From Octopus sinensis (lineage: Eukaryota): a stretch of 64,000 nucleotides of DNA. The notes under the pieces are model-generated. The model saw only the letters and a program-made list of their open reading frames with translations, was not told the origin of the DNA and did no database searches. Shown one piece after another: positions 51,830 to 64,000 of the stretch (positions are counted from its first letter, which is position 1; each line of letters opens with the position of its first letter). The position numbers and the translations under genes are program-made. The stretch is from the NCBI RefSeq assembly GCF_006345805.1, contig NC_042997.1, positions 158,596,001 through 158,660,000 on the forward strand, given 5' to 3'.

Positions 51830-54760
51830 CAGAGTACGCTATAGCCACGGCAAAACAACCCGAAGTCAGCTATCGTAGATCACGAAACTTTCGAGAAAAA
51901 TTCCCATGGACTATCAGACTGAACCACAACCTATACCACTTCGACAGAAAGGCTAGGGGAGATCACTCGATAGGCTACTTGCAGAGACTTAAAGAATACT
52001 GGGATGAGAAATACTCAACATTCTCAAATTTTTAGGAGAAACAATTATGCCAGCAAGCTACATATGCTGGAAAGAAGTATGGCACCCAGCCAAACACAAT
52101 CATTCAACTACAATGTACAAATGATAATACCCGTATTGAGTACACAGTAAAATTTTCCTGCGAAGAGACTGAATGACGAGAAACACGGCCCAGACTAACT
52201 CAAAAATAACAAACCTCCGCCACTACACGGATAATTGGCAACCACTTATGATCTCACAAAAACTAGCGAGGAATATGAAATACTGAAATCAAATCTTGCA
52301 TCGAAGTTCAAGGAGAACATCACTTCTTACATAGATAAGGCACTGCATTAGTGTACTAGTTGGATAAAAATTCTACCAACCTAATGTTATCCGTGATCGA
52401 CGAAATTGCGAGAGAACTTGCTCAAATTCAAACTTATAGCTTTTGGACAATAAATTTCCTGTTATATTGTGCCGCAGTCACTGCGCATCGATAGACAGAA
52501 ATAAAAGAGAGCGATCCAAAGGATAATACTAAATCAAAATTAGATTGCCTCCATCGAAAGTAACATTAATGGACTCAGGAAAAAGATAGGACAGTTGGTC
52601 ACTTTCACCAAAAGCAAAACTAAGAATAAGCCCATGAATCACCAGCTACAAATTCACTAAACTCTATGGGAATTACCACCGGGAAACTTTCACAGTCAAA
52701 CTGATGACTCTCGGTCACGATTTACGATCGGTAAGTAAAAAACGTCGCTACTGTAAAAAATTACATGAAAGAAAAATGATAAATCACAAGTTTGTCAGAA
52801 ACCCAGAAAATGCATAATGCAATAGGAAAGGCGATACCATCTGGCAAGGAATCTGGAATCCAAACAAAGAAAACAGTGGAGATGTAGCATGGTTAAAGGA
52901 GCTACAAAGTATTGTGTAAATGCCTCTCCCAAAATATATAACAACGACAGAGAAACACTCCTGATGCTTATTATGAATCTGCCGAATGGAAACTCAACTG
53001 TAAGAAACGTGATACTAGGGCACTGGTACAAAATGCTCACGGAAATTCTCACGACCCTGTTTAAGAAAACACTGAACGCTGAGCTTGCTATACCAGATTG
53101 GCTGACGGTTGCAAGGACTACTCTTATCCCAAGATCAGAAACTGTAGGCTCTTAGTGCGCTTGAATGTTATGTACAAACCCTATACAGGTTACCTGAATA
53201 TGTTTCTCCAAAACCACTACCAAGCAAATGATGCGATAACTGATGAGCAGGTACAAGGAATGAACGATGTCTAGGATTGTGCTGAATAGCTCCTCCTCAA
53301 CAAATCTGTCCTTAAATAAGCCAAGAAACTTGCCGTGATCTCTTAAGAATTTGGCTAGACTAATAATTTGGCGTTCGACCCACTCATATTATTCACGCAT
53401 GGATGATAGAATCATTACCACTTGCCAAATTATTAGTTGCTCTTGTGAAGGTCATTGAAAGATTGAGTAAATCATGGTCCAAAACGTTACCACTGACAAG
53501 TCCTTAAGCAATGAGACATAGAAATGGAATTTGGGTAGGGTAAACGCTCATATATGACAATCATCTGAGGAGATATAGAACAGACAGAGAACATGTGCAT
53601 CAGTGACTTATTTCTAATGATGAAAACTATGCGTATCTTAGAATCAAGAACAATGTTGCATAATTCACTGCTGTGACTAAAGCCAGAATAACAAAAGAAA
53701 ACTGTAGATTCTTGAAAATATGGAACTGAATTGCCTGCATTTAACAAGATTATATCTTGCAATACTTTGGTAGTGCAAGTGCAGATCTGCAGCCTGGACA
53801 TCAAACTAGAAAGGTTCTGACCACTATTGACAACATCCACATCTACGACAACGGCAAAATCTATGTGACACGAATTGATGGCCGTAGGGATCTGTACAAA
53901 CAGTCTTTAAATGTCGCATTGTATCTCTCAAACAATACTTGCTGAATAGTAAAGAAAAGAGTACTTTTCATTCACTCTCAAAAGTGAAAGCAACATCTTC
54001 TGAGTTGGAGAAGAACTAATGAGCAGATATTCTGAAAATAAAATACGACTCAAAGGAAGCTAGACTGACCTACTTAAACAGAAGCTTGGAGGAGAAGCAG
54101 GCAACATACCATCAAAAAGCATGGTTACATATCCCATAAGCTAGAGGATAACAAAATTACAGGAAGATAGCCTCTCTATTACATTCCATCAAGAAGGATG
54201 TGCCTTCGCTATCTGGTTTTGCTATACCAGTGTGGAAGACATCACCCACATCAGCAGTAGGTACCCCCAAAATGTCTACGAGATCTAACTGCCCTAAGGC
54301 ATGATGTGGTTGCAAAGACTATTTACAACGCTACCCTCAATAGCTGTATACATCAAACGCATGTCAGTAGCAGCATGTATCCACACCTTTCAAAACAAGG
54401 AATACTAGAGGAGCACTCCAATAAAAACAGCAATTCTGTGCAGACATAACAGATCTGTTGGAGACTTCAGCTACACAGTGGCTGTGAGTGCACCATCGAA
54501 ACACCAGAAAAATGTGAACATTTGTAGTTAATTAATATGGAACATACAGTTCTTGCACCCTGAGAATCAATACTGGTGTGACACTATCATCATAGGTACA
54601 TTTAGTTATATATCTACAAATTTATACAAAATATTGAAAATACTAGGTTTTTCAAAGAAAGACTAAAACAAACTGACGGTTTTTAAGACATTACAAAGAT
54701 TCTCCATTGGAAAATTTTTATATGATTAAATACACACCTTCGGATGTGTGCAATGACTGA
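51830..54760 (+). mobile_element. Degenerate near-full-length R4/Dong-clade non-LTR retrotransposon (RT, zinc knuckle, RLE)
   Basis: Ordered remnants WTINFLLYCAAVT, IWNPNKENSGDVAWLKE, GHWYKMLTE, IPDWLTVARTTLIPR, LNVMYKPYTG, E*LLLNK, a YMDD-like region near 53610-53630, VEDITHIS, and TIIIGT; heavily frameshifted; boundaries approximate. Confidence 0.82.
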
Positions 54761-56914
54761 TCAACCAACTCAACTACATATTTACAAACACCGGGAAATC
54801 TTTTAAGCCAAAATTCTTGTCGCTTTGTTAGTAACAGGCTTGAACTTTTTCAAAAAGATCTTAAAGAAAACTACGTTCATACATACACAGATGCATTCTT
54901 ATGTATGTAGATATACGTATGTAACAATATTTCTCTATTTTAACTGGTGACATGTGGTTCGACCTTAATTTCCTCTTCAGCCTTTACTTTCAGCACTTAG
55001 CATCCATGTTATATCACTCAAATACTCTTCACATGTATCTTTATTTTAATCATTTCCCCCATATATAGTATTTTTCTTATATGTACTTTTTTCTTTAGCG
55101 CTTAACTGTAAATTGCTTCCCTGTTTTGTTTCCCTACTTGCATCTAATTTCAATTCTTTTAACAGCTTTTACCTTCCCCAAGCATTTCACTTGTTACATA
55201 ACCTTCAAAGACTTTTCACTAGCGTTATCATTTTACTTTATATTATTGCTATTCATATATTTATTCAATCGCTGTTTTCCCTTAAAAATCATATTCATCT
55301 TGCCTTTCTTTCAGCTCACAGTAGCGCCTGCTACCTGCTGCTGTCAATCACTCCGTCTTCTCACATGCACTTTGATTTCACCAACACTTCATACTCCCCC
55401 TCGACTATTCTACGAGGTTACACCTTCTTGTTTGTGCACCTTCACATACATACATACACCCAAATAAGGGACATGCACACCAAAAGAACACACCTTCCCC
55501 TATTCCCATGTCTGTACAATGATAACCTTGTATACGGGAAAAATACATCGAACACCTCCCCTCCTAACAACACACATAGAATTGCATTTCCAACGGCCCA
55601 CTATCTCTTTCATATTCCCTTCTTTCTTCTCCAACTCCCTTTTCTCGTTCATTCTCTTTTATTTTTCTTTCCTATCGCCCTTGTAATGATGGGCTGACGT
55701 TCGAAACATCACTTTCCCTTCTTTTTACGCGTTAAATTAATACTATATCTGTTTGAACTTGTTCCTCCTACTTTGTACCTTTTGTGCTCATTTCTTTCTT
55801 TTTTATGCACACACCACAGATTTCCACAGTTTCGGTTTATGAATATTCACTCTCAAATTATATCGGTCCATTTAGAACTATGACAGATGAGTCTTATCCT
55901 AAGGTATTGTGCATAGTGCCGTAGTTTCAAACCACTTCGTATAGATGAGTTTATGATTTAGTCGGAAGAGGAAGCGCAGCCCTCCGACACTGAAGAGGAA
56001 AGAGAAGAACGAACCACAACTATTGATGATTTGGTGTGATGGAGCACATCACAAAATCAATTTTTTCTGAGATCGGAGAATTGAACCGAATACTTGGAGC
56101 AGATGTGACTCAGTCAAGAACCAGATGGTGGTACTAAACTAGGCGTCACATTAGATCTATTACCTAAAGTACGCACAGTCTCTTCGACCAGCAGCAGTAT
56201 AATTTGTTTTCAAGCCTGTCTGTTTGTGTGTTTACAAATACACAATGATTTACTCATGCCGTTCTCCAGACTCTTCTCGGATTAAAAGAGATTACGTAAT
56301 ATCTGTTGTGAGTAAAATAAGCTGTCATGTTACGAATAAATAATTCACTTCTACCTCTTCACGACACACCTTGATTATTCACAGGGACCATATTTATAAA
56401 GTTGGAAATATGAAGGTATAAATATTTAAAACAAAATATAATGCCACATAATACTCCCCGCATCATACAGCCCTTCCTCTGATCTTCCTCTGGAAACGTA
56501 TATTTATTTGGTCCTATTTTATACATCGACACTGTTTTATCCGGAGACAGTATGTTATCGATTAGTTAGCTCTTCACAAAGAGAATGACTTTGAGGATTT
56601 GGAGTTCGTTGTAAATGTTTATCTTCATACTATAATTACGCTTAAGGAGAATATTACTGCCCTTATGATGTATTAGATGTAAATAAACAAAGAATATTTA
56701 AGTGTCCACATATAATTATGTCCAGATTATCAATCGCCGGAACATCAATAGTTTATCCCACTCTGTATGATATAAGTGATTTAAAAGTAACATCATATAT
56801 TAGGCTTTGGCACGAATTTGGACAACAACGAGAAAAGGTAAAGAAACGCCCAGAGGCAATTGTTAACCGTCTTTGATTGGGAAGTTAGTTTCAAGGAAGG
56901 AAAAATCTATCTCA

Positions 56915-56947
<33 letters not shown>

Positions 56948-56977
56948 GTGTGTGTGTGTGTTTGTGTGTGTGTGTAA

Positions 56978-57190
56978 GGAGGCGAACTGGCAAAAAAGTT
57001 AGCACACCGTATTTCGACTGCCGTTACGTTCTGTGTTCAAATTCCGCCGAGGTCGACTTTGCCTTTCATCCTTTCGGGCTCGATAAATTAAGTACCGGTT
57101 AGGCACTGGGTTCGATGTAATTGACTTAATCCGTTTGTCTGTCCTCGTTTGTCCCCTCTGTGTTAGCCCCTTGTGGGTAGTAAGGAAATA
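56978..57190 (+). mobile_element. SINE family A monomer with long tail
   Basis: ggaggcgaactggc...tcaaattccgccgaggtcgactttgcctttcatcc...gccccttgtgggtagtaaggaaat. Confidence 0.92.
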
Positions 57191-60100
57191 TATATGTATG
57201 TGTGTATGCGTGTAAAATTATATTAAATAAATAATATACTAAACTAAGAAAAAAAGTCTTAAGACTCGCGATTTGAAACACGTAATTATCTTCCCAGGAG
57301 ACCTATTTATGTTCTGTCACTTCCCTCTAATTAAATACACAAATCTATTTTTTATGCAAATTATTTCTTAATTTTTAATCTTTAAGCATTCATAACAAAT
57401 TTGTAAATATTTTAGTATCAGAAATTTTCATTTGCATGCTTAAAAACAATGAATAGAAAGAACCACGTACTTTTTTATCTTTTGTGTGTATTCTAAAATA
57501 TTTGTTATCGCTTAGAAAAAAGACATTATGATGTAAATTGCTTGTACATTTGTCAGTTTTGATAAGGAAACAGAGATGCTAATTTTTGTTATTTGCTAAA
57601 CCATGCTATTTTGTTTATCTCCAAAAGATAATTGACCGGTTATTTAGCTAAGCTGGCTAAGTTGTTACTACACATGCAAATCATCTGCATTCAATTTTGC
57701 GCAACATAGAGTTATAATTATAAACTCCGCAACGAAATGGGATTATTCAGTATTCCAACAGTGAATCTTTCCACATTTACTGCCCATTTTGCTTTAACTC
57801 CACAAGAAGTACAATTGACGCTCCGCACAGAATTGCATCCTATATTTAGCAATCCCCAATATTATATATACATTCGCATTGCCACTGATAATTTCATATA
57901 ATCGTAGCACAAGCTATAACAATGACTTTCCCTTCATTGAAGCTGTGCGATCTACCCCCTCACAATATTTTGGCGTCATCATGGTCGGTCGCCCCTTGCA
58001 CCATTCTTAATTTCTTCATGCGATCTGCTCTAGAGAGACTTATTTTAAGCTTAATACAACATGCCCCACCCCTCCAATAGGCAGCGACTTTATCAGTGCA
58101 AGCTATGATCTTATCACGCTCTTTTAAAAACATTCTCTCTCTCCACATACATTCAAAGATACATACATATGTACGTACGTACGCATGGTCGCACGTACGT
58201 ACGTACTTATGTATGTATGTATGTATGTATGTATGTATGTACATATATATAAGTTTGCCGCTATCGTTTGAAATTGAGGCATTATATATAAAATGCCTAT
58301 GACTTCGAGACAAGATATCAAATAAAATTATCTGTGCACGTTTTCTAGGTATTCATTAATACGGCTATATGTCAAACTGAATCTTGTACTACAAGCAATC
58401 AAAATACGAAAAGTTCTAACAGTTAGTTCTCGCTGGCTGAACACTCATCAACAATTGGTCTTTCAAAAATTGTGTAATAAAAGCCGGACAAATCTTCGCA
58501 CTATTTTGGCGTCTTCATGGTCGACCAGTACTATATCTGTCGGTCAGACACGACATACAGTTTATTAATACAGTTTCAAATCAATTACCAGATTTATACA
58601 TGCAAACAGCCATTTTAGCATTGCAAAGCATCTCAATGGATAGGCAAATTTCACTGAGCTGTGTTGTAAAGCAACACTACAGGAACGGAACAGATATTTG
58701 TTCAGTGAACTGTTGAGATAAAGTAGGAAACTAAGAAATGGTTTTAAGAAAAACAATGTACTTTACGTCTGAAAAACCATTCAGTTTCAGTCTGCTTCAT
58801 TAAATAGAAAACTAAATTGATGCAATGCTTTCAAAACACTCTTTTTTTTTTCAGCAGAATTCAATAATAAAATTTCCTTATCATTTTTATTTCTATTGTT
58901 ACTTTCAATATTTAGGTTCCTTAAATTATACAAATACTTCATTAATAAAGTGTCCAAACCCTGTTGTGATTTATGTTAATCTTAAATATAAAACTAGAGT
59001 TTTATTTTTTTAGTTGTATGCGTTGGCATTCTATCAAATTCCTTAGGTAAGGTAACTATGTTCAGAATGAATTAAACTTATTTCATATTTTGCCAAATTT
59101 GCTAGATTATTATGTTGAGTATCAAAAAAAAATCTATTCAATATATTTGGTTTCAAACAATGCCAGTGTAACATAGACACACACGTACATGCATTCGCAC
59201 ATATATTTATACAAAGACACTTATAATGCAAATACACACAGACGTGTACATATATACGTATGTGTATGTGTGTTTGTGTGTGAGTGTATAAACATGATTG
59301 CCTCATTTTGTCAGTTGATAGCCGGCTCAAACTCAGCCTGATTGTACTGATTTATTGTCATCCTTGCGAGTGCACAAGTATAACTTTTCAAGCCACGCAT
59401 CCAAAGCCATAGGACTTCATGAAAATAAAAGAGGAATTTAAAAATGATATATTGGATATAATTCACAAAAGTTTGCATAACACTTTACCAATCTCTCAGT
59501 CTCATGGTAACGTCCTGTACGAGCACCGCAACATGGTTGGTATCATTTTGATTGCATGTTTCATGTCAGAGTACCTGTCTTCCAAAAGAGCTGCTTTCCC
59601 CTCGGCTTTGACAAAAATACACTCTTAGGGAATATTTTTAACGCATACATGGGAGTCATGGTATTTAAACTATGACTGCACTCTCCTAAAACTCAGAACA
59701 CCCGAAATGGAGCCTCATTACCGGATGCAGTTAATCCCATACCCAGAACAATGTATAAACATTCATATGTATACGAATATACACATATGCATACGTAATT
59801 TTATATGTACATTAGCTATTTAATCCGCCAATTAAATATTATCTGTTTCTTGAAGAATCTCCTATTATGTCCTTTTATCAGAGATTTGGCAGTCTGTGCA
59901 TCAGTCTACAGAGGTTTGAATAGTTTGCTTATGGGACGGGTAGAATAATTCCGTCATAGCGTTTTATTATATCTTATTCTATGTTAAATGTTTTTATTCT
60001 TTGATCTGTTGTATACGATATACAGGCGTTGATAGAGCACTAAGCCATGTTAGTTTGTTTGCATTTCCAGCATTACTTAAGTGTGATCTGCATACTTACT

Positions 60101-60424
60101 GAAAATTACCGGCTGTAAATTTCTGTTGACATGTGACATCAGGTTGAGTTATTGCGTAATACGTAACTTTAAATTTTTCGTTCATAAAGAATCGACTCCA
60201 TTATAAGATACAATTACACTATTATGTAGATAATTACTTTCCAACAAATTAATTGACAGAAGGCATTTCCACTTTCTGAGGGAGTGACGTCAGACTACTG
60301 GCTAAAATTATATTGATTTCCTTCCAGAATTTCAGACATGATTGGAAGATTTTAATAAGCCATATGTATCTGGATACAAAATCAGTCGTCTGCATGTTAA
60401 CATTATATAAACTTTTACTCTAAA

Positions 60425-60495
<71 letters not shown>

Positions 60496-61269
60496 TATAT
60501 ATCAAATACACACAACATACGTAGACATACCTATATATAAAATCGTTTTTCTCCCTTTTTATTTTCCATTCCACACATTCACGTGATCTCCATCGAGGAG
60601 TGAAACATACTCCGGTAAAAAAAATTAAAATGACTTCTTTTTAATTTTCTAAATAAACATTTGTCCTTTTATAGAATAATAGTAATAAAATTAATCTTCC
60701 AAAGATAGATAAACGACAGTGAAGCAATTGTTAGTTAGATACTAAAGAGTTCACATAAATATTCGAAGGAAAGATACTTATAATTCTCTTATATTGTCTA
60801 TTAAATTCATTTCACAATTTTTTCTAGTTACTATTTTAATGGTCACTGCATTAACTATAACATTCACTTAGCTGTGCTTTGTTTTAATGTCAACGATTTA
60901 TTTTCTCGCATTACATTATCCAACTTAGGAATGTTTTCCGTCATTTCTTTGCTAAGCACAGTGATTGATTTTGCTTCTGTGATGAGATCTGAGCGAACCC
61001 TAAATATGTCGGTAATTGTCCCGCTTTTTTGAAAACCATTTCTCAAATATTTTAAGTCATTCGGAAATTCTGTTTTTCCACTCTTCAAAGTAAATTAAAT
61101 TAGCTTTTTAGTATTTTCAACATTAAATATTTTGCAATAATCTAACGGTTCTTCAGTTGATATTAGTAGCTAGCTCTTTTCTTTTATCTGATGTTTTTAT
61201 TCTTTGTAATACTATATTTCATCTATCCATTTGAAATTTAAGGTTCGTACAAAACATCCTGCGTGGCAA

Positions 61270-61700
61270 ACTGTATTACAAAATACAAAAGATGGAAAAT
61301 GCACATTAATTTTACTAACAATTACTGATTACTTCCCCTAAAGTCTATATGCCTTACGATTCATCATCAAATTATTTAAGGACAAAGATTCAAACTGAAT
61401 TTACCTGTGCGTCCAAAAGGTTAATCTACATCATAATTTGCTCGGCATGTGAACACAACGATATAGGGCAAATAAGAATGTCGCTCAGACAGAGAACAAC
61501 ACTGCTTAGGAAACAAAATCCATTTCCCAAGATATAGATAAATTCCATTAAGCAAACACAGAGAGATGTGGGGGAAATATCCAACCAAACTTCAAAATTT
61601 TTCCCTATATGCCAAAGCAATAGAACAATCTCTGTAAAACAAGTGACGAATAAAGAGACTACATTTTTTCGAAAAATATCAGCCGCGCCTAAATGTAAAC
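61270..61700 (+). mobile_element. Penelope-like GIY-YIG endonuclease remnant
   Basis: FTCASKRLIYIIICSACEHNDIGQIRMSLRQR...FKIFP...KYQPRLN matches PLE FTCxSxNLIYxIxCxxCxxxYIGQTxxxLRxR...FKIFP...KYxPxLN. Confidence 0.85.
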
Positions 61701-62464
61701 ATACAATCGATATATAAGTATTTTAGTTCATATAATCGATTTACTTACCCTAAAGAATGATTGTGGGGTAAATTGTCTCTTCTGCTTCTAATAATTGCAA
61801 TCAGTGATTAACTCTCCTACAATTTATTTATCTATCGCTTCATTTACAGAATATCTATTCTACTAATATGGAATGAAAACTTATGATAGCATGAAATTAA
61901 AACACTATCACTAACTACTAACTCGTGATTAGCATTAGCAAAACTGGTCACCTATGTAAATATTTTATTTCATATATATATATAATCAAAATAAGCAACA
62001 GGATATCGTGTAGTAATGCAGTATGGCCGTTTCAAGCGAATCTATTTAATTGAGCAATGTAATCATTACATCAGTTTAAATTCAGTGCTATCTTCAGTTG
62101 CACAAAATATGGAATTTTTAGCAAGTAGGACACATTAATGTAATTTTCCTTAAATATTTCAATGACCATACCTAGCCATGAGCTGTCAACTCACTCTTGT
62201 TCTTTATTCAAAATAGACACAATCTTCTAGTCTCAGATTTAATAGATGATAAAGAGATAAATGAATTAGAAATTAATTACAACCCTCACAATCCTATAAC
62301 CCCACTATGCTCCATGCGATTCTAAGAAATTGTAGTCTATTCTTAGTCACTTTGCTACAATAGCGACAGCATGAATTTCTTCCATCTTCTTACTCTGGTA
62401 AAATATTTAAGAAAAATTATATCAATGTGACCAACTTGCTAAAAAAAGTCTATATTTTGTGCAG

Positions 62465-62492
62465 CTGAAGATAGCACTGAATATAAATTTAT
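62465..62492 (+). other. Candidate 28-nt microexon
   Basis: Acceptor tctatattttgtgcAG, donor GTAAGT; two frames open (AEDSTEYKF or LKIALNINL); no transcript evidence. Confidence 0.33.
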
Positions 62493-62551
62493 GTAAGTGG
62501 AGTCGCTTGAAACGGTCGAACTGCATTACTACTTGATATTCTGTTGCTTAA

Positions 62552-62755
62552 GGTGGCTAGCTGGCAGAATCTTTAGCACCCCGGGAGAAATGCTTCGCGG
62601 TCTTTACGTTCTGAGTTCAAATTCCACCGAGGTTGACTTTGCCTTTCATCATTTCGGGGTCGATAACTTAAGTACCAGTTGCGTACTGGGTCAATCTAAT
62701 CGACTAGTTCCCTCCCACCGAAAAATTTCGGACCCTGCACCTAGAGTGGAAAATG
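62552..62755 (+). mobile_element. SINE family A
   Basis: ggtggctagctggcagaatctttagc...gttctgagttcaaattccaccgaggttgactttgcc. Confidence 0.9.
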
Positions 62756-62879
62756 ATATCCTGTTGCTTATTTTGATTTTATTCACTTTACTTCGAGATG
62801 TGCGTTTAGTACCGGACTGACTTGGTGCTTCAACGTAAGTACACAATTCAAGTGAATCTTAATTATTTCTTTTCTATAC

Positions 62880-62882
62880 ATT

Positions 62883-62945
<63 letters not shown>

Positions 62946-63009
62946 TTATATAGATTATATATATTTATTATATATATATATATATATATATATTTTTTAT
63001 ATGTATTTA

Positions 63010-63060
<51 letters not shown>

Positions 63061-63067
63061 GTATTTA

Positions 63068-63103
<36 letters not shown>

Positions 63104-63129
63104 TATGAATATATATGAAATATATATTC

Positions 63130-63160
<31 letters not shown>

Positions 63161-63225
63161 ATATATATATTCATATATAATATATATATATTATATATAT
63201 ATATATATTCATGTATATATATTAT
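62880..63225. repeat. Long degenerate (TA)n microsatellite
   Basis: Direct reading. Confidence 0.97.
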
Positions 63226-63803
63226 ATGGTATGTATTGGATTAACTGTTGAAGTGGACGGACGTCTATTTGTTTCTCTCCCAAGTCAGTAGCAAGCTACA
63301 CAGCTTCAAAACCTAACTGACCTTAAATATATATATATTGTAACCACGTGTTTACCTACAAACCCGTAAGTACGTTTTCATTTAACTACAAATGTTATAT
63401 ACACCTGTTTTTTCTTTTAATATCCTCAACAACCAAATAATCAAAACTCACACTTAAGAGAGAACATTTATATATAATACACTTCTTTAACTCCCAAGAA
63501 AGAATATATATTTTTTCAAAATCAAAAGGAAAACAAACAAAAGAAAAACAAACATGACTAACTTGCAGGCCTGCAACAGACGAAATTGGTCTGATAACGA
63601 AATTGATGTTTTAATAAACACTTGGTTCTCTCTTTCCCAAACAGAAAATCTAAATGTTTTGTGTTTGAATGAGATTGCCGAAAAAAACATCACAAGTGAT
63701 CAACACACGATCCGTCAAACAGATTCGTAGTAAACTGAAACATATCGAAGTATCTTTCAAACTGACAAAAGGCCATTATGAAAAGCTTCTCATATTTTCA
63801 CAG

Positions 63804-64000
63804 TTCAAGAACAGCAACAGCTAGAAAATCAGCAGCCACAACAACAACAACAACAGAATGAGCCACTCCTGGTTCCCAGCACAATGGCTGACCCTAACAT
63901 CGGTCAAGCACAACAACAACAACAACAACAGCCACAGCAACAAGAACAACAACAGCCACTCCTCAACTCTAGCGTACTAGATGATTCACTAAATGCCAGT
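63804..64000 (+). CDS. Probable polyglutamine-rich coding exon, open at window end; product unknown
   Basis: Acceptor ttctcatattttcacAG; open frame QEQQQLENQQPQQQQQQNEPLLVPSTMADPNIGQAQQQQQQQPQQQEQQQPLLNSSVLDDSLNAS with mixed CAA/CAG codons; frame closed just upstream of the acceptor; in-frame acaATGG at 63884. Confidence 0.6.

Noticed and set aside
55113-55720. 194-aa ORF and decayed gggc-tgac-gttc-GAAAC-ATC motif
   Set aside because: The ORF is low-complexity pyrimidine-rich sequence; the HHR-like motif lacks an intact core and stem I. Possibly an old pLTR but unsupported.
55945-56040. Acidic stretch SEEEAQPSDTEEEREERTTTIDDL (exon or piggyBac N-terminus)
   Set aside because: Flanked by stops, weak splice signals, and no further recognisable domain.
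60285-60292. Perfect CRE palindrome TGACGTCA
   Set aside because: A single 8-mer is expected by chance in 64 kb; there is no supporting context.
60864-61088. 74-aa coiled-coil-like ORF on the minus strand
   Set aside because: May be a retroelement ORF1 fragment, but no diagnostic motif is recognisable.

Overview
AT-rich, repeat-saturated eukaryotic genomic DNA, most consistent with an Octopus (coleoid cephalopod) intergenic or intronic region; the taxon is inferred from base composition and SINE repertoire. Almost all ORFs in the supplied track are microsatellite translation artefacts. The supportable content is: (i) two dead full-length mariner transposons with TIRs and TA target sites; (ii) a degenerate R4/Dong-clade RLE LINE plus a 3' fragment of another; (iii) several Penelope-like element (PLE) remnants (RT and GIY-YIG); (iv) several Helitron-type termini, one with a Rep/Hel N-terminal-like ORF remnant; (v) about 30 tRNA-derived SINE copies of three families; and (vi) a probable polyQ-rich coding exon running off the right end, with candidate microexons upstream. 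The most interesting layer is non-coding. At least five sequence-distinct families of minimal type-I hammerhead ribozyme (HHR) motifs sit in PLE-type terminal repeats. They include a 560-nt A-B-A retrozyme-like unit whose repeat boundary falls at its HHR and which carries a second, degenerate HHR-like motif on the opposite strand, a fold-back pair of HHRs, and recurrent core variants (U4C, A6U). All calls are by eye. Coordinates of degenerate elements are approximate and no ribozyme activity has been shown.
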